Below, piece after piece: positions 53,532 through 64,000 of a stretch of DNA of 64,000 nt. Below the pieces are notes generated by a model that searched no databases, was not told where the DNA came from, and saw only the letters and a program-made list of their open reading frames with translations. Position 1 is the first letter of the stretch. Every line of letters begins with the position of its first letter. Source of the DNA: Lama guanicoe (taxonomy: Eukaryota); NCBI GenBank assembly GCA_013239625.1, contig MU053588.1, positions 397,988 to 461,987 of the forward strand. The letters run 5' to 3'. The position numbers were made by a program, and so were the translations under genes.

Positions 53532-53974
53532 CTAAAATGCTTTTCAGGATTTCCTATATAGATCCTACACTTCTTGAGTTTTAGTGGCTGTGAATCCTTC
53601 AGTTACAATTCTTCCACTATCAGTGCCCACTTTTTTAAAGCAGATCCTAGAGGGCCATATTCTTTTAATTTTCACAGGCTACGCATTCATTTGCATACAT
53701 CTTCATACATCTGCAGTCTTTTAAGACTCTTACCGTGTCACACTGCTGTTTCTTTTTATTACATTCCATTTTCTACTGTTCCATTGCTAACAGCTTCAGG
53801 GGTGTATTTTACATCTGCATTTCCTATTGTCATTTACTTCCCACCGTCATATTTCTGCAATCTCCATTACCTCCAGAAGTTGCTAGCTTAGAAATCATTG
53901 CTGCTTTCCTCCTAGCTCCCCGTTCTGCCAACTTTTTAATTTCATAATTGCTTTTAAAAGCATCATCTCATTGA

Positions 53975-54101
53975 TATTATTTTATTTGGGGGGGGGCGTA
54001 ATTAGGTTTATTTACTTTTTTTAGAGGAGGTACTGGGAATTGAACCCAAGGCCTCATGCATGCTAAGCATGCACTCTACCACTTTGAGATATACCCTCCC
54101 C
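53975..54101 (-). mobile_element. tRNA-Ala-derived SINE
   Basis: Reverse complement of GGGGAGGGTATATCTCAAAGTGGTAGAGTGCATGCTTAGCATGCATGAGGCCTTGGGTTCAATTCCCAGTACCTCC plus tail. Confidence 0.85.
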
Positions 54102-54629
54102 ACTGATTTTAAAATTTTAAATAAGGTTATAGTGAAAAAAGAAGTCTCCCTCTATTTCTCTTCTCCATGTGCATCTACTATGACTAATTTCTTATGTAAA
54201 CTACTTTCAGTTATCATATGATTATACCAGCATATCTGTGTATATATAACCCCTCATCTTTATTTCTCACAAATATTAATATAGTGTAAAGCACCTTTTT
54301 ACTCACTATTATTTCTTATAAGATGTCCCATATTAATATATATTCCTTATTTTTTCTTATGATGGTATAATATTTTATGGTAGGGAAAATGTCATATTTT
54401 AACTACTACTGTGTTACTGAATTTTTAGGATGCTTTCAGGTTATTGCAATTTGGGAGTTAAATCCTTGTACGGCTTTGCACAGATGTGCAGGTACATCTT
54501 TCAAATTCTTCTAAGAAGTGCTGGCTCAGAGGTTAGGTATAAGTATTTTCAGTCCATAGAAGATGAAATACTTTCCATTCCCACCAAAAAAATGTATGAA
54601 CGTGCCTATCGCCTGTTCCTGTCAAAATG

Positions 54630-55545
54630 TTTTTCTTCAATTAGCTGATATTTGTTGAACCCTTTATCTGTGCCAGGTGCTGTTCTGAGCACTAGGAGAG
54701 CATCAGTGAACAGAACAGCCAAAATTTCCTGTCCTGAAGGAGTTTACATTCTAGTCTGGGAAAGTGGCCAATGAATGTGTAAATGAAATATATAGTATAC
54801 CAGTATAAAGAAGAAAAAAGCTTGGAAATAGGATAGTGTGTGCCAAGGGAGTTGCAGTTTGAAATAGAATAGTTAGAGAAATCCTAGTAAGAAGAAAATA
54901 TTTAAGCAAAAAAAAAAAAGGAAGAAGCAGTGACATTTGAAGATATTTGGATAAAGAGCATTATAAGCAGAGAAAACAGCTAAATGTAAATGCCGTGGGA
55001 TACGTACAAGCCTGGTATATCCAGGGAGCAGCAAGTAGACCAGCGTGACAAAGTGGAAAGCTGTAGTTGAGGTGAAAGAGCTAATGATAGGACAGATTAT
55101 GGAAGATCTTGGAGAACATTTTAAGAAGTTTGGTTAGTCTCATTGAGATATAAAAGCAACAGTGGGTTTGAAACAGAACAGTGACATGATCTTATGTTTA
55201 AAAGGGATCATGTTGGGGTGCTGAGTAGAGAGGAGGATGTAGGGGAACAAAGAAAGAAGCAGGGAAACTAGCCAATGGGCTGTTGGAATATTCTAGGTAT
55301 GAGATACTGGTCTACGGTGATAGCAGTGGTAGTCATGAAAAATAATTGGATTCTAGATATATTTGGAAGATAGAGCTGAATGGATCGGGTAATAGATTTG
55401 ATATGTGAAATGAGAGAAACAGAGGAATCTAGGCCAACCTAAGTATTTCAGCTTGAGAAACTGGAAGACCAGAATTGTCATTTACTAAGATAAAACTAAG
55501 GAATGAGCAAGTTTTAGTGGATGGATCAAGAGTTCGGTGTTTGCT
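54630..55545. mobile_element. L2 LINE fragment
   Basis: 'tatttgttgaaccctttatctgtgccaggtgctgttctgagcac' and 'tggattctagatatatttggaagatagagc'. Confidence 0.8.
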
Positions 55546-55594
55546 CTGCTAAACCACTGGGACAGTCCATGCTAAAGAGAAACATTTGTATGTT

Positions 55595-56213
55595 TGTTGC
55601 CAAAAAATCAGCCTCTGCACACTCAAAAGCAAATTCAAACTCAGAGGCAGAGTTTTGGGAGCAAAGAAGAGAGCCACTTGATTGCTTTGCCTGGCAAAGG
55701 CGAGTCACAGCAGGCTAATACCTGGGAAACAATGAATCCATCCTGAGGTTGGGGCCTGGTGATTACATAGGCAAACGGGGTGGAGCATATCAGTGATAAC
55801 AAACAAGAATCCTTTACAAAAGGATATCTTGTGTCTTGGGAACTTCTAGTGGTCTGTTAAGTAGGTCACTGCTTGTGGCCTTGGCGTTATCAGGTCTGAT
55901 CCCTCTGGTGTCATGGTGTTTTTTTGGGTTTTTTTTTTTGAGGATCTGGCTGTTCCTTCAGTATTATCATTCTGTGACCTTCCTTCTGGAAAATAGCTTC
56001 TGGGGTTTTGGATACAAGTTATTTAGGATAGGGCATAAATCATCGGGTTGGGGTTGCTAAGCATGTAATCATTCAAGCAAGTTAAACAATAGCAGTAGCA
56101 AAGGAGAAAAAAGCAACGAGATAGTTAGAAAGAACTCGGAGAAAACAAGTTAATCAATCACAGCAAACTCTAAGCTGTCTTGGCATCAGGGAAGCCATTT
56201 TGTGACTTCTTCA
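55595..56213 (-). mobile_element. ERV1-class solo LTR
   Basis: TG...CA termini (tgttgcc...cttca) with near-TSD tgtt/tatt. Confidence 0.65.
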
Positions 56214-56302
56214 TATTGTTAGTACCTAGATGTTATTTATAGCAGAGAGACAAGATGAGACTTATAAGGAAATCTATTAGGATAAAACTAAATATAGTAC
56301 CA

Positions 56303-56560
56303 GGTTGTTTTGGGTTGAATGGTGGCACCCCAGAGATATGTCTACATCCTAATCCCCAAGACCTGGGAATATGACCTTATCTGGGGGAAAAGGTCTTTAC
56401 AGATGTAATTAAGTTAAGGATTTCTAGGTGAGATTATCTTGGATTATCAGGGTGTGACCTAAATCCACTTACAACTGACAGAAGTTGAAAAGACATAGAA
56501 GAACCATGAGGATAGAGGCAGAGATTGAAATTATGCAGCAACAAGCTAAGAACACCTGAG
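56303..56560 (+). mobile_element. MLT1-type LTR, 5' part
   Basis: 'gggttgaatggtggcacccc...cctaatccccaagacctgggaatatgaccttat...agatgtaattaagttaagga'. Confidence 0.75.
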
Positions 56561-56671
56561 TCTACTTTTGGTTGTTGCTTTGTGTTTTGGGAGTGTCTTG
56601 GTTTTTCTTTCCTTTTTGTATGCCTTGTAACTTGTTGCTGTTGAAGCCAGATATTTTGTTTACGACAGCAG

Positions 56672-57190
56672 TGTGCAGAAAAGGGTAATAAAGCAAACCT
56701 GAGACTTCTTATCCTTTGAAATGTCTGCGTGAAGTTTGGCCCTTAGCTTGTGACTAGAACTTAGATTTCAAGAAGATTCCCACTGTCCTAACTGATAAGA
56801 ATGGCTCACGATGCCCTAAGTGCTTGTGCAAACAATATGGTTTTTGTTAAACACCTGCTTTCCTTCTGGGAGTCTGAAATTCTGGTATGTGCCAAGCAGA
56901 GACTGCCTATGTGACCAATGCCCCAGTAAAAACCCTAGGTATGGAGTCTCTAATGAGCTTTCCTTGTTGGCACCATCTCACATGTGCTGTCATAACTTGT
57001 TCCTGGGGGAATTAACAGACTATATGACTCCACTGGGAAAGGATCTTTGGAAACATGTGCCTGGTTTTTCCTGGACTTTGCCCCACGCACCTTTTCTTTT
57101 TGCTGATTTTGCTTTGTATTGTTTTGCTGCGAGTTCTCCCAGTGAATCATCAAACCTTGAGGGGAGGGTTGATCTTGAGGTCCCATAACA
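56672..57190 (+). mobile_element. MER21-like LTR
   Basis: 'tgtgcagaaaagggtaa...ctgctttccttctgggagtctgaaattctggtatgtgc...gtctctaatgagctttcc...cccataaca'. Confidence 0.75.
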
Positions 57191-57879
57191 CTGTAGTAAC
57201 CAGGGAAAATAATTTTTATGCCTGAATGGGCATACATTTCCTTCTGCAAAGCTTTTAGTGTGGAGTTTTGAGTTATTCCAGTTAGGGTTTTTATCAACCA
57301 AGCAATGTAAGAGATTCATACAATTTGATTGCACCTATGAAATTTCAAAGAAAAATAACTGAAAAACCAAGATATTATTACATATCAGGATAGTGGTCAG
57401 CTGGGGGCCGGGGATCAGAAATGATCACATGAGGTGGGCGTTTCTTCCTGAGATATGAACAAAATACTGTTTCTTCACTTGTATTGAGTTACACTGAACT
57501 TACACACTCTATGCATTTTTCTTCAGGTATTTTATTTCACAATAAAAAAAAATTCAAGAAAGCATTTTAAAAGATTACTAGACGATTTTAAAAATATTGA
57601 AAAAATATACATCTAAATAATTAAGTACACATGAAGCAAATGCAAAACGCTGATAAGTATTAACTTCAGCAAATAGAATGGGTCGGACACGAATAACATT
57701 TACAAAACAACTAATGTAACCATGAATATTAATTTAAACCAACACTTTAAGGGTAACTGGAACAAGGTACGTATTTTTGGATGTGAGGGATAACACACCT
57801 GGTGAACGTTCAAGGAGCTCCCATGGACGGGGTCCCCCCTCCCCCGAGTGGTGCCTCATAAGAGCCTCCCTTTCATTCG

Positions 57880-58700
57880 ACCCCCAAGCCTACAGAGACT
57901 CAGGACCTTTCTGCCATACCACATCTGTCGGAGTCCCAGGTGGCAAGCTTGGGATGAAAAGAATTGCACCATCCTTCAAGAGGTATGTCCACGGCTATGG
58001 ACTACATTTCCCAGGGGCCACCGCGATCTCGGCCCCTTCCAGTCAAAAGACCGCGATGGTTTATTGTCCACGTTCTCCGAGAGGCGCTCTGGTTGGCGGA
58101 GAAAGTGTAGCGTCACGTCGACAGTTGATGCTTGTGTTCTAAACGCGGCCTGAAACTCGTTGAAGCGCTCTGCCACGGGTATGAGCGATGTGAGGAACAC
58201 AGTGTTTGCTGAGCGAAGGAACAGGGTCCAAGACCGAGGCCTGTGAATTGAAACCGTTGGGCTCTAGGCTCTTAAAGGCAGCCTAGGCTCCGGATTACAT
58301 TTCCCAATGTCCACTGTACCCAAGGCAGCGTCCCGTCCGCTCACTGGCCCTTTCAGGACGGGACGGGGGATTCCCCGCGAGTCCCTGAGGCACATCCACG
58401 GCTTGAGGGAACCGCAGAGCCAGGTGAGTGAGTCTGAGACCCGGAAGCGGAATGACCCCAGAGAGGCCGAGGCTGCGGGGGGAGGCAGTGAGGAGCTAAC
58501 GTTTTCGGAGTCTGAGGCTTTACCGGCGGTGTGGGAGGGAAGGTAGTAGGGAGTTGTTTGTGCCCCCGCGCGCGCCAGCGGTCGCGATAGGGAACCTTCG
58601 GTGCTTGTGTGAAATGGATAAAAGACCGAGGGGTGGGGGTAATTGCAGGGGAATCGTAGAAGTGTGTGTGTGTGTGTGTACGTGTACACGTAGACGATGC
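57880..58700 (+). promoter_or_regulatory. CpG-island promoter P4 with a plus-strand first exon ending at 58423
   Basis: CpG-rich. Perfect donor CAG|gtgagt at 58424. ACTACATTTCCCA motifs at 57999-58017 and 58292-58309. CCGGAAG at about 58441. By recalled human synteny this could be ZNF790, but no coding exon lies in the window. Confidence 0.8.
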
Positions 58701-59630
58701 GGTGGTGACTGGAGCTGTATGTGATTGTAATGGACTATTTAGGTGTGACTGTGCACGTATAGGATTGTGACTGCGTCACCATGTGCGTAACTGTTTGTGT
58801 AAATGCGATAACAGCAGCTGTGGGGCCAGAAACTGAGCATTGGGTTTTGTAACATTCACAGCCATTCCTGAATGTGTGGAGAGCAGTTTCTGTGGTGGCT
58901 GTTAGTTGGAGGAGGGTAACGTAGAATGAGGGAAGGGGAGTAGGAGACAGTGTAGACCACGTATTCCAAGAGTTTCTTTGTAAATATAAGCAGAGAAATG
59001 GAACAGCAACTGGTAGGGGAGAAATAACCTATCAGTATGCTGGTGGGAATGAACCGTTAGAGAAGGAAAAGTAGAAGGGAAAGGTAAGTAAGCCAGGCTT
59101 ATCTGTGTGGGTGTATTGAAATTGCAGGAATAGAAGAAGGGTAGTAGTATTGCAGAGAACTAGCCATGAACCGTGAGTTTTCGGAAACAAGGGGAAAGAA
59201 TTATTCAGTATTTGGTAGATAGCAGTAGTGAGATGTGGTGAGTTATTTATAATTTCTTGGCATGAAATTCAAAAGTAGAGCTTTTGTGGAGGAGGAAGGT
59301 CTAAAAGTTCTAAGAGCAAGGATGACACCTGTCTCACTTCCAGACTCAGTGGCAAGAGGCTATAGGGAGGAAAAAAAAAACATTGAGAGAGCTGCAAGAG
59401 ACCTCTGGAGAGAGCCAGATTTCTGTTAGACCCAAAGGTGAAGGGAGTGTTCAGGGAAGTGATTGAGGATAAAAGGGATTTGTTATTACTGAGTTATGAA
59501 TTCCAGAAGGCATACTGGAAAGTGTCAAGAATTGGGGAGTGATGAGAAAAGGGACATCCAACTGATGGGAAGTACACTGTCTGTAAAGAAAGATGACCAC
59601 AGAGCCTAGGACTTCTATGATGGACATAAA

Positions 59631-60323
59631 TGTTACCGAAATTCAGATCTGGCTGCTTGTAAGCCAATATTCAAGGGGCAAGTATTGGTAGAAAGGAAAA
59701 TTTTCTTTATTCTAGAGGCTGGCAACCAAGGGACATAGTGGACTCATGTCCAAAGGCCAACTCCCCACTGAGAAGTGGTGGGCAAGAGCTTTTAAAGGGG
59801 AGTTTCAGGGTGTGTAGGTGAAGAGAGGGAGCTACATGCAGAAACTGACAGTTGTCTTGAAATTGGTCATGTGGTGGTCTTATCAGCATCATCTTTATTG
59901 TTTTAATTTTAAGTACAGTTAATCTTCAGTTCCAGCGTGGGTTTGTTCCCACTTCCTTGAGGCCGTTTCTCAGAACTGTGGCAGCTCATGTCATGGCTAC
60001 AATCTGGTCATCATGTAGTTAACTTCTCCCATCTGGTGGGGTTTCAGTATCTACAAAACAGCTCAAAGGATATGGCTCAGAATATTATTTATAGCCCTTC
60101 AAGAGGAACTAAAGGTCCTTGCCTTTGCTTAATGATTAAACTATTATTATTTTGTCCTGCATGACTGCTTTTCCTTTGTTTCTGCATTTTCTCATTTCTC
60201 TGATAAAATTTATTCTTTGACTAAAGCTTTTCTGCAGACAAAAGACAGGCAGAGGACATATGGGGAGACTGGGTGGTGGAGGCTCTCTCCTGGGAAGGCA
60301 CTTTAGGGTCCTGCTCCATTTCA
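59631..60323 (-). mobile_element. ERV1-class solo LTR
   Basis: tgttacc...catttca termini with 4-bp TSD TAAA (59627-59630, 60324-60327). Confidence 0.8.
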
Positions 60324-60472
60324 TAAAGATGGATAAAGGGAATTTTGATGTTTATTCTGGTTGGTTTTCACAACAGTGTTGGAGAGGTAGTGTTTAGATA
60401 GAAGGAGGTGGAGTTTTGAGTATGCCCTTTGAAAGAGGGAAGCCGGGGATAGAACCTTTAAGAGTGGTTGGG

Positions 60473-60981
60473 GTAAGCAGAATAATGCCTCTGCAAAGAT
60501 GTCTAGGTCCTAATCCCTAGAACCTGTGAATATCTCACCTTTCAAGGCAAAAAGGACTTTGTAGATAGGCTTAAGTTAAGGACCTTGAAGTGAGGAGATT
60601 ATCCTAGATTATCCAGTTAGGCCCAAACTAATCACATGGATCTTTAAGTCAGTAAACCTTTTCCAGCTGAGTTTAGAGTCAGAGGGAGATGTGATCACGG
60701 AACAGTGGTGCAAAGTTGCCAAGAGATGCAAAGTTGCTGGCTGGATAAAGGAAGGTAGTCTTGAGCCAAGGAGAGTTGTTGGCTGCTAGAAACCAGAAAA
60801 CGTAGGGAAATTAATTCTCCCCTAAAGCCTGCAGAAAGGAAAACAACTCTGCCAACACCTTGATTTTAGCCCAGTGAGAACCACGTTAGACTTTTACCTA
60901 ACAGTAAGGTTAATAAAGTTGTATTGTTTTTAGCCACTGCATTTATGATAATTTGTTACTCAGTAGTAGAAAACTAATACA
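60473..60981 (+). mobile_element. MLT1D-like solo LTR
   Basis: 'gcagaataatgcc...cctaatccctagaacctgtgaatat...gccaacaccttgattttagcccagtgaga...gaaaactaataca'. Confidence 0.85.
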
Positions 60982-61149
60982 GTGGTGTAGTGTCCTAGCC
61001 TCAGTGCTGTGGAAGGGTTTTGGGCCCTGTGACATGAGGAACATCAGTTCCTATTGATAAAATTCAGGACTTTAGGTAAAGCACATAGGCCCCCTCTTTT
61101 TTTAGTTTATAGTTTTGCTGCATTGTCATATTTTTTAACATTGGGATTT

Positions 61150-62760
61150 AATAAATTTCTCTTTTTGATATAATATATGGCCAGTTTATAGCTGTTTGTT
61201 TTCTACTTGATTTATCTTGGATTGAGAAAAATGTATTAAAATTCTCTTCTCTATTATTAATGAAATTTTATCTTGTATAACCTGTAACTTCTGCTTTATG
61301 AAAGTGATAAATAGATACTCATAATTGTTATGTGTTTATTGTGAATTTTAGACTTTAGTATTTTCACATGCTCAAGATCATGGCCCTTGCTTATTTTTGT
61401 TTGTTTGCATTTGCCTTATACATTTCTCCATAATTTGTAAAATAAACTTTTTATTGAAGTTTATCCTATATGCATGCAAGTATATACATGATAATACATT
61501 CAAGAAACCAATACAATCAAAACTGTATTCCTTGAGTTACCACAAAGGGAACACCCATGTAGTAAGTGCCAGATCAAGAAATAAACATTGCCTACATCCC
61601 AGAAGTCCCTCTTGCATTCATGTTCAGTCAGTAGCTCCCCCAGAGTAACCACCATATATCAATTTTGTCTGTTTTTGAACTTACGTATCAGTGAAATCAC
61701 AGTATTCAACCTTTTGTTTTGCCTTTTTTGTTCAACATTATGTTTGTGAGATTCATCCATATTGTTGTGTGTAGAAACACCTTACTGTTTGCATTGCTAA
61801 ATGCACTAGTATTCCAGTGCCTGAATATACCAACTATATTTGTCCATTCAACAGTTACCATACTGTTGACAGACATTTGAATTTTTCCAACTTCGGACTT
61901 TCACGAATAATGATGCTAGGAGCTTTCTCATATTTGTCATTTTGCATTCATGTGTATCCGTTTCTGTTAGGTCTATTTCTAGGAGAGACTTGCTGGGTCA
62001 TAGGATATGCAAATCCACTTAAGCAGGTACTGCCAGTTTTCCAAAATGGTTGAATCAGTTAATGCTCCAGTCAACAGTTTATGCAAGTTCCAACTACTCC
62101 ACTTTCTCATTCACACGTGGTATTGTCTGACTGTAAAATTTTTGCCAGTATGGTGGATCTATATAGTATTGAACTGTGTTTTTCTTAACTTACAACTAAT
62201 GAAGTTGAGTGCTTTTGTTTTAATGACTCTTGACCATTTGGGTATCTTCCTTTGGGAAGTGCCTACTGAGGTCCTTTGCCTGTCCTTTGGGAAGTATCTG
62301 TTCAAGTTTTTGAGCAAAGGACACTTCCTTTGGGGAAGACCATCTTTTCTCCCTAGTAATTTTCTTTGCTCTGAAATATACCTTGTTTTATATTAGTATT
62401 GCCTCTTCAGCTTTCTTTTGATTGTGATTTGCATAGTATATCTTTTACCATCTTTTTACTTTTAATCTTCCTATACTGTTATATTGAGGATAAATGACAT
62501 CTTGAAAATCATCAGCCTTTCATCTCATAAACGGGTTAAATTCCTCTATTCGCTAGATATTCTTTAATTTCTGTGTTTTATTTATAATAATATAGAGACC
62601 TTGTACATATTTTGTTAAATTTTAAATAGATATTTGAATTTTTGTTGCTATTACAAATGCTATCACTTGAAATATAATTTTTAATTTCTTAATTTTTACA
62701 TGTACATTGAAATGCAGTTGACATTTTTACTCTCACTTTACATTTGTATTCTTAAATATT
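61150..62760 (-). mobile_element. Old L1 fragments
   Basis: 'tgttcaacattatgtttgtgagattcatccatattgttgtgtgtag' and 'ttgctgggtcataggatatgc'. Confidence 0.7.
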
Positions 62761-62875
62761 TCTAAGTTTCTATTCATGACTTTTCAGCTTTAAATGATGT
62801 CCTTTCTCTTTTAGTTACTACAAATGAGGTAATTGATGAACTTGTGTATTTTCCATTTTATAACCTTTATCACTA

Positions 62876-63357
62876 TATTAGTTACTTATTGCTATAAAAT
62901 TACCCTAAAATAACAAGTATTTATTTTTTTACACCATTTTTGTGGATCAGGAATTCAGGAGTGGCTTAGCATGGAGGTTTGGCTTAGGGTCTCATGGAGT
63001 TGCAGCTAAACTTTTGGGCAGGGCTACAGTCATATGAAAGCATGGCTGGGGCTGGAGGATCACCTTCCAAGATGATTCTTTAACATGACTGTTGGCAGTA
63101 GATCCTGTTCTTCTCTATGTGGACCTCCATAGGGCTGCTTGAGTGTCCTCATGACTTGTCATCTGGCTTTCCCCAGAGCAAAAGGACAGCAAGAGTATAT
63201 AAGATAGGAGCCAGAATATCTTTTATGATCTATCCTCATATTCCACCCTTCCACAACATCTTTTAGTACACAAGCCAGCCCTATTCAGTGTAGGAGGCAA
63301 CTACACAATGTTAATAACAAATATTGGGTACCCTTGGGGGCCATCTAGCACGCAGGC
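62876..63357 (-). mobile_element. MLT1-type LTR
   Basis: 'tattagttacttattgctataaaattaccc...tgtggatcaggaattcaggagtggcttagc...gctggaggatcaccttccaagatg'. Confidence 0.75.
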
Positions 63358-64000
63358 TAACATAATCTCCATCTTACTTTTTGATTTAGATTTGCATTTA
63401 AATATACTCAGCATCACTGCTTTTGCTGAAATTTTCCCTATTGCCTCCTTTTTGGCTGAAATATGTCCACCAATACTTCAGAACGGGCTTGTGTGAACAA
63501 TAGTCCCCAAATCCTTGCATCGTAGAACTCTTTATATCCTTCATACCTGAAGGACAGGTTGTCTGTATGTGAAATCTCTGACTGCACTCATTTGTTTTTC
63601 CACAAGTATACTGTAGGGGCTGCCTCACTATTTGGAGCACTGAATTTAGCAGTGGAGAAGTCTAATGACAACTGAATTTCCTTTTTCTTAATAGGAAAAA
63701 GCATATTTGATATTTTTATTTTGATTCCTCATAGGTTTTAGTCTAATAATTTTATTAGGAAATATTTTGGTAGGGACAATTTGAGTCATTTTCTCCTGCA
63801 ATATGTGTATTTTCATGATGTATATTTGTGTGTTATTTCAGAAAATTATTCTTGACTGTTAAAAATGTAGTCTTTAACATTTATTCTCTTCCTTGATTTA
63901 GATTTCATCTTTAGGGGCACTGCAAGTTGTATCACTTCAGACTTTCATTTTTTTTCCAATAATTGTCATGTCTGTCTTTGTTTCATTTTGTTCCATTTGC

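Noticed and set aside
57777..58689. ORFs of 74-141 aa in the CpG island (similar ones at 3824-4085, 19418-19842 and 50575-51477)
   Set aside because: GC-rich, stop-poor sequence with no recognisable domains; several cross splice donors.

Overview
Mammalian genomic DNA, probably camelid (five tRNA-Ala-like vic-1-type SINEs), from a KRAB/C2H2 zinc-finger gene cluster that by inference is syntenic to human 19q13.12. On the minus strand: (i) the KRAB-less gene ZNF345 (487 aa, CDS 36393-37856, promoter about 51.4 kb); (ii) a complete four-coding-exon KRAB-A+B/C2H2 gene I cannot name (join 19452-19444, 16856-16730, 16463-16368, 12575-10963; 614 aa, 11 intact fingers), apparently a tandem paralog of ZNF345; (iii) a truncated zinc-finger pseudo-exon between them (about 23860-24335); (iv) the first two non-coding exons of another gene running off the left edge. 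On the plus strand: a decayed KRAB-A/KRAB-B cassette (52803-53300) and the first exon of a further gene (about 58.4 kb). All four CpG-island promoters carry ACTACA-TCCCA (ZNF143/THAP11-type) motifs. The rest is mostly interspersed repeats: L1 (one near full length), L2, ERVL pol remnants, MaLR/ERV1/ERVL solo LTRs and DNA transposon fossils. I found no wholly new biological system. The most interesting content is the record of KRAB-ZNF duplication, KRAB loss and decay. Family and gene names come from recall, not database searches; repeat boundaries without TSDs are approximate.
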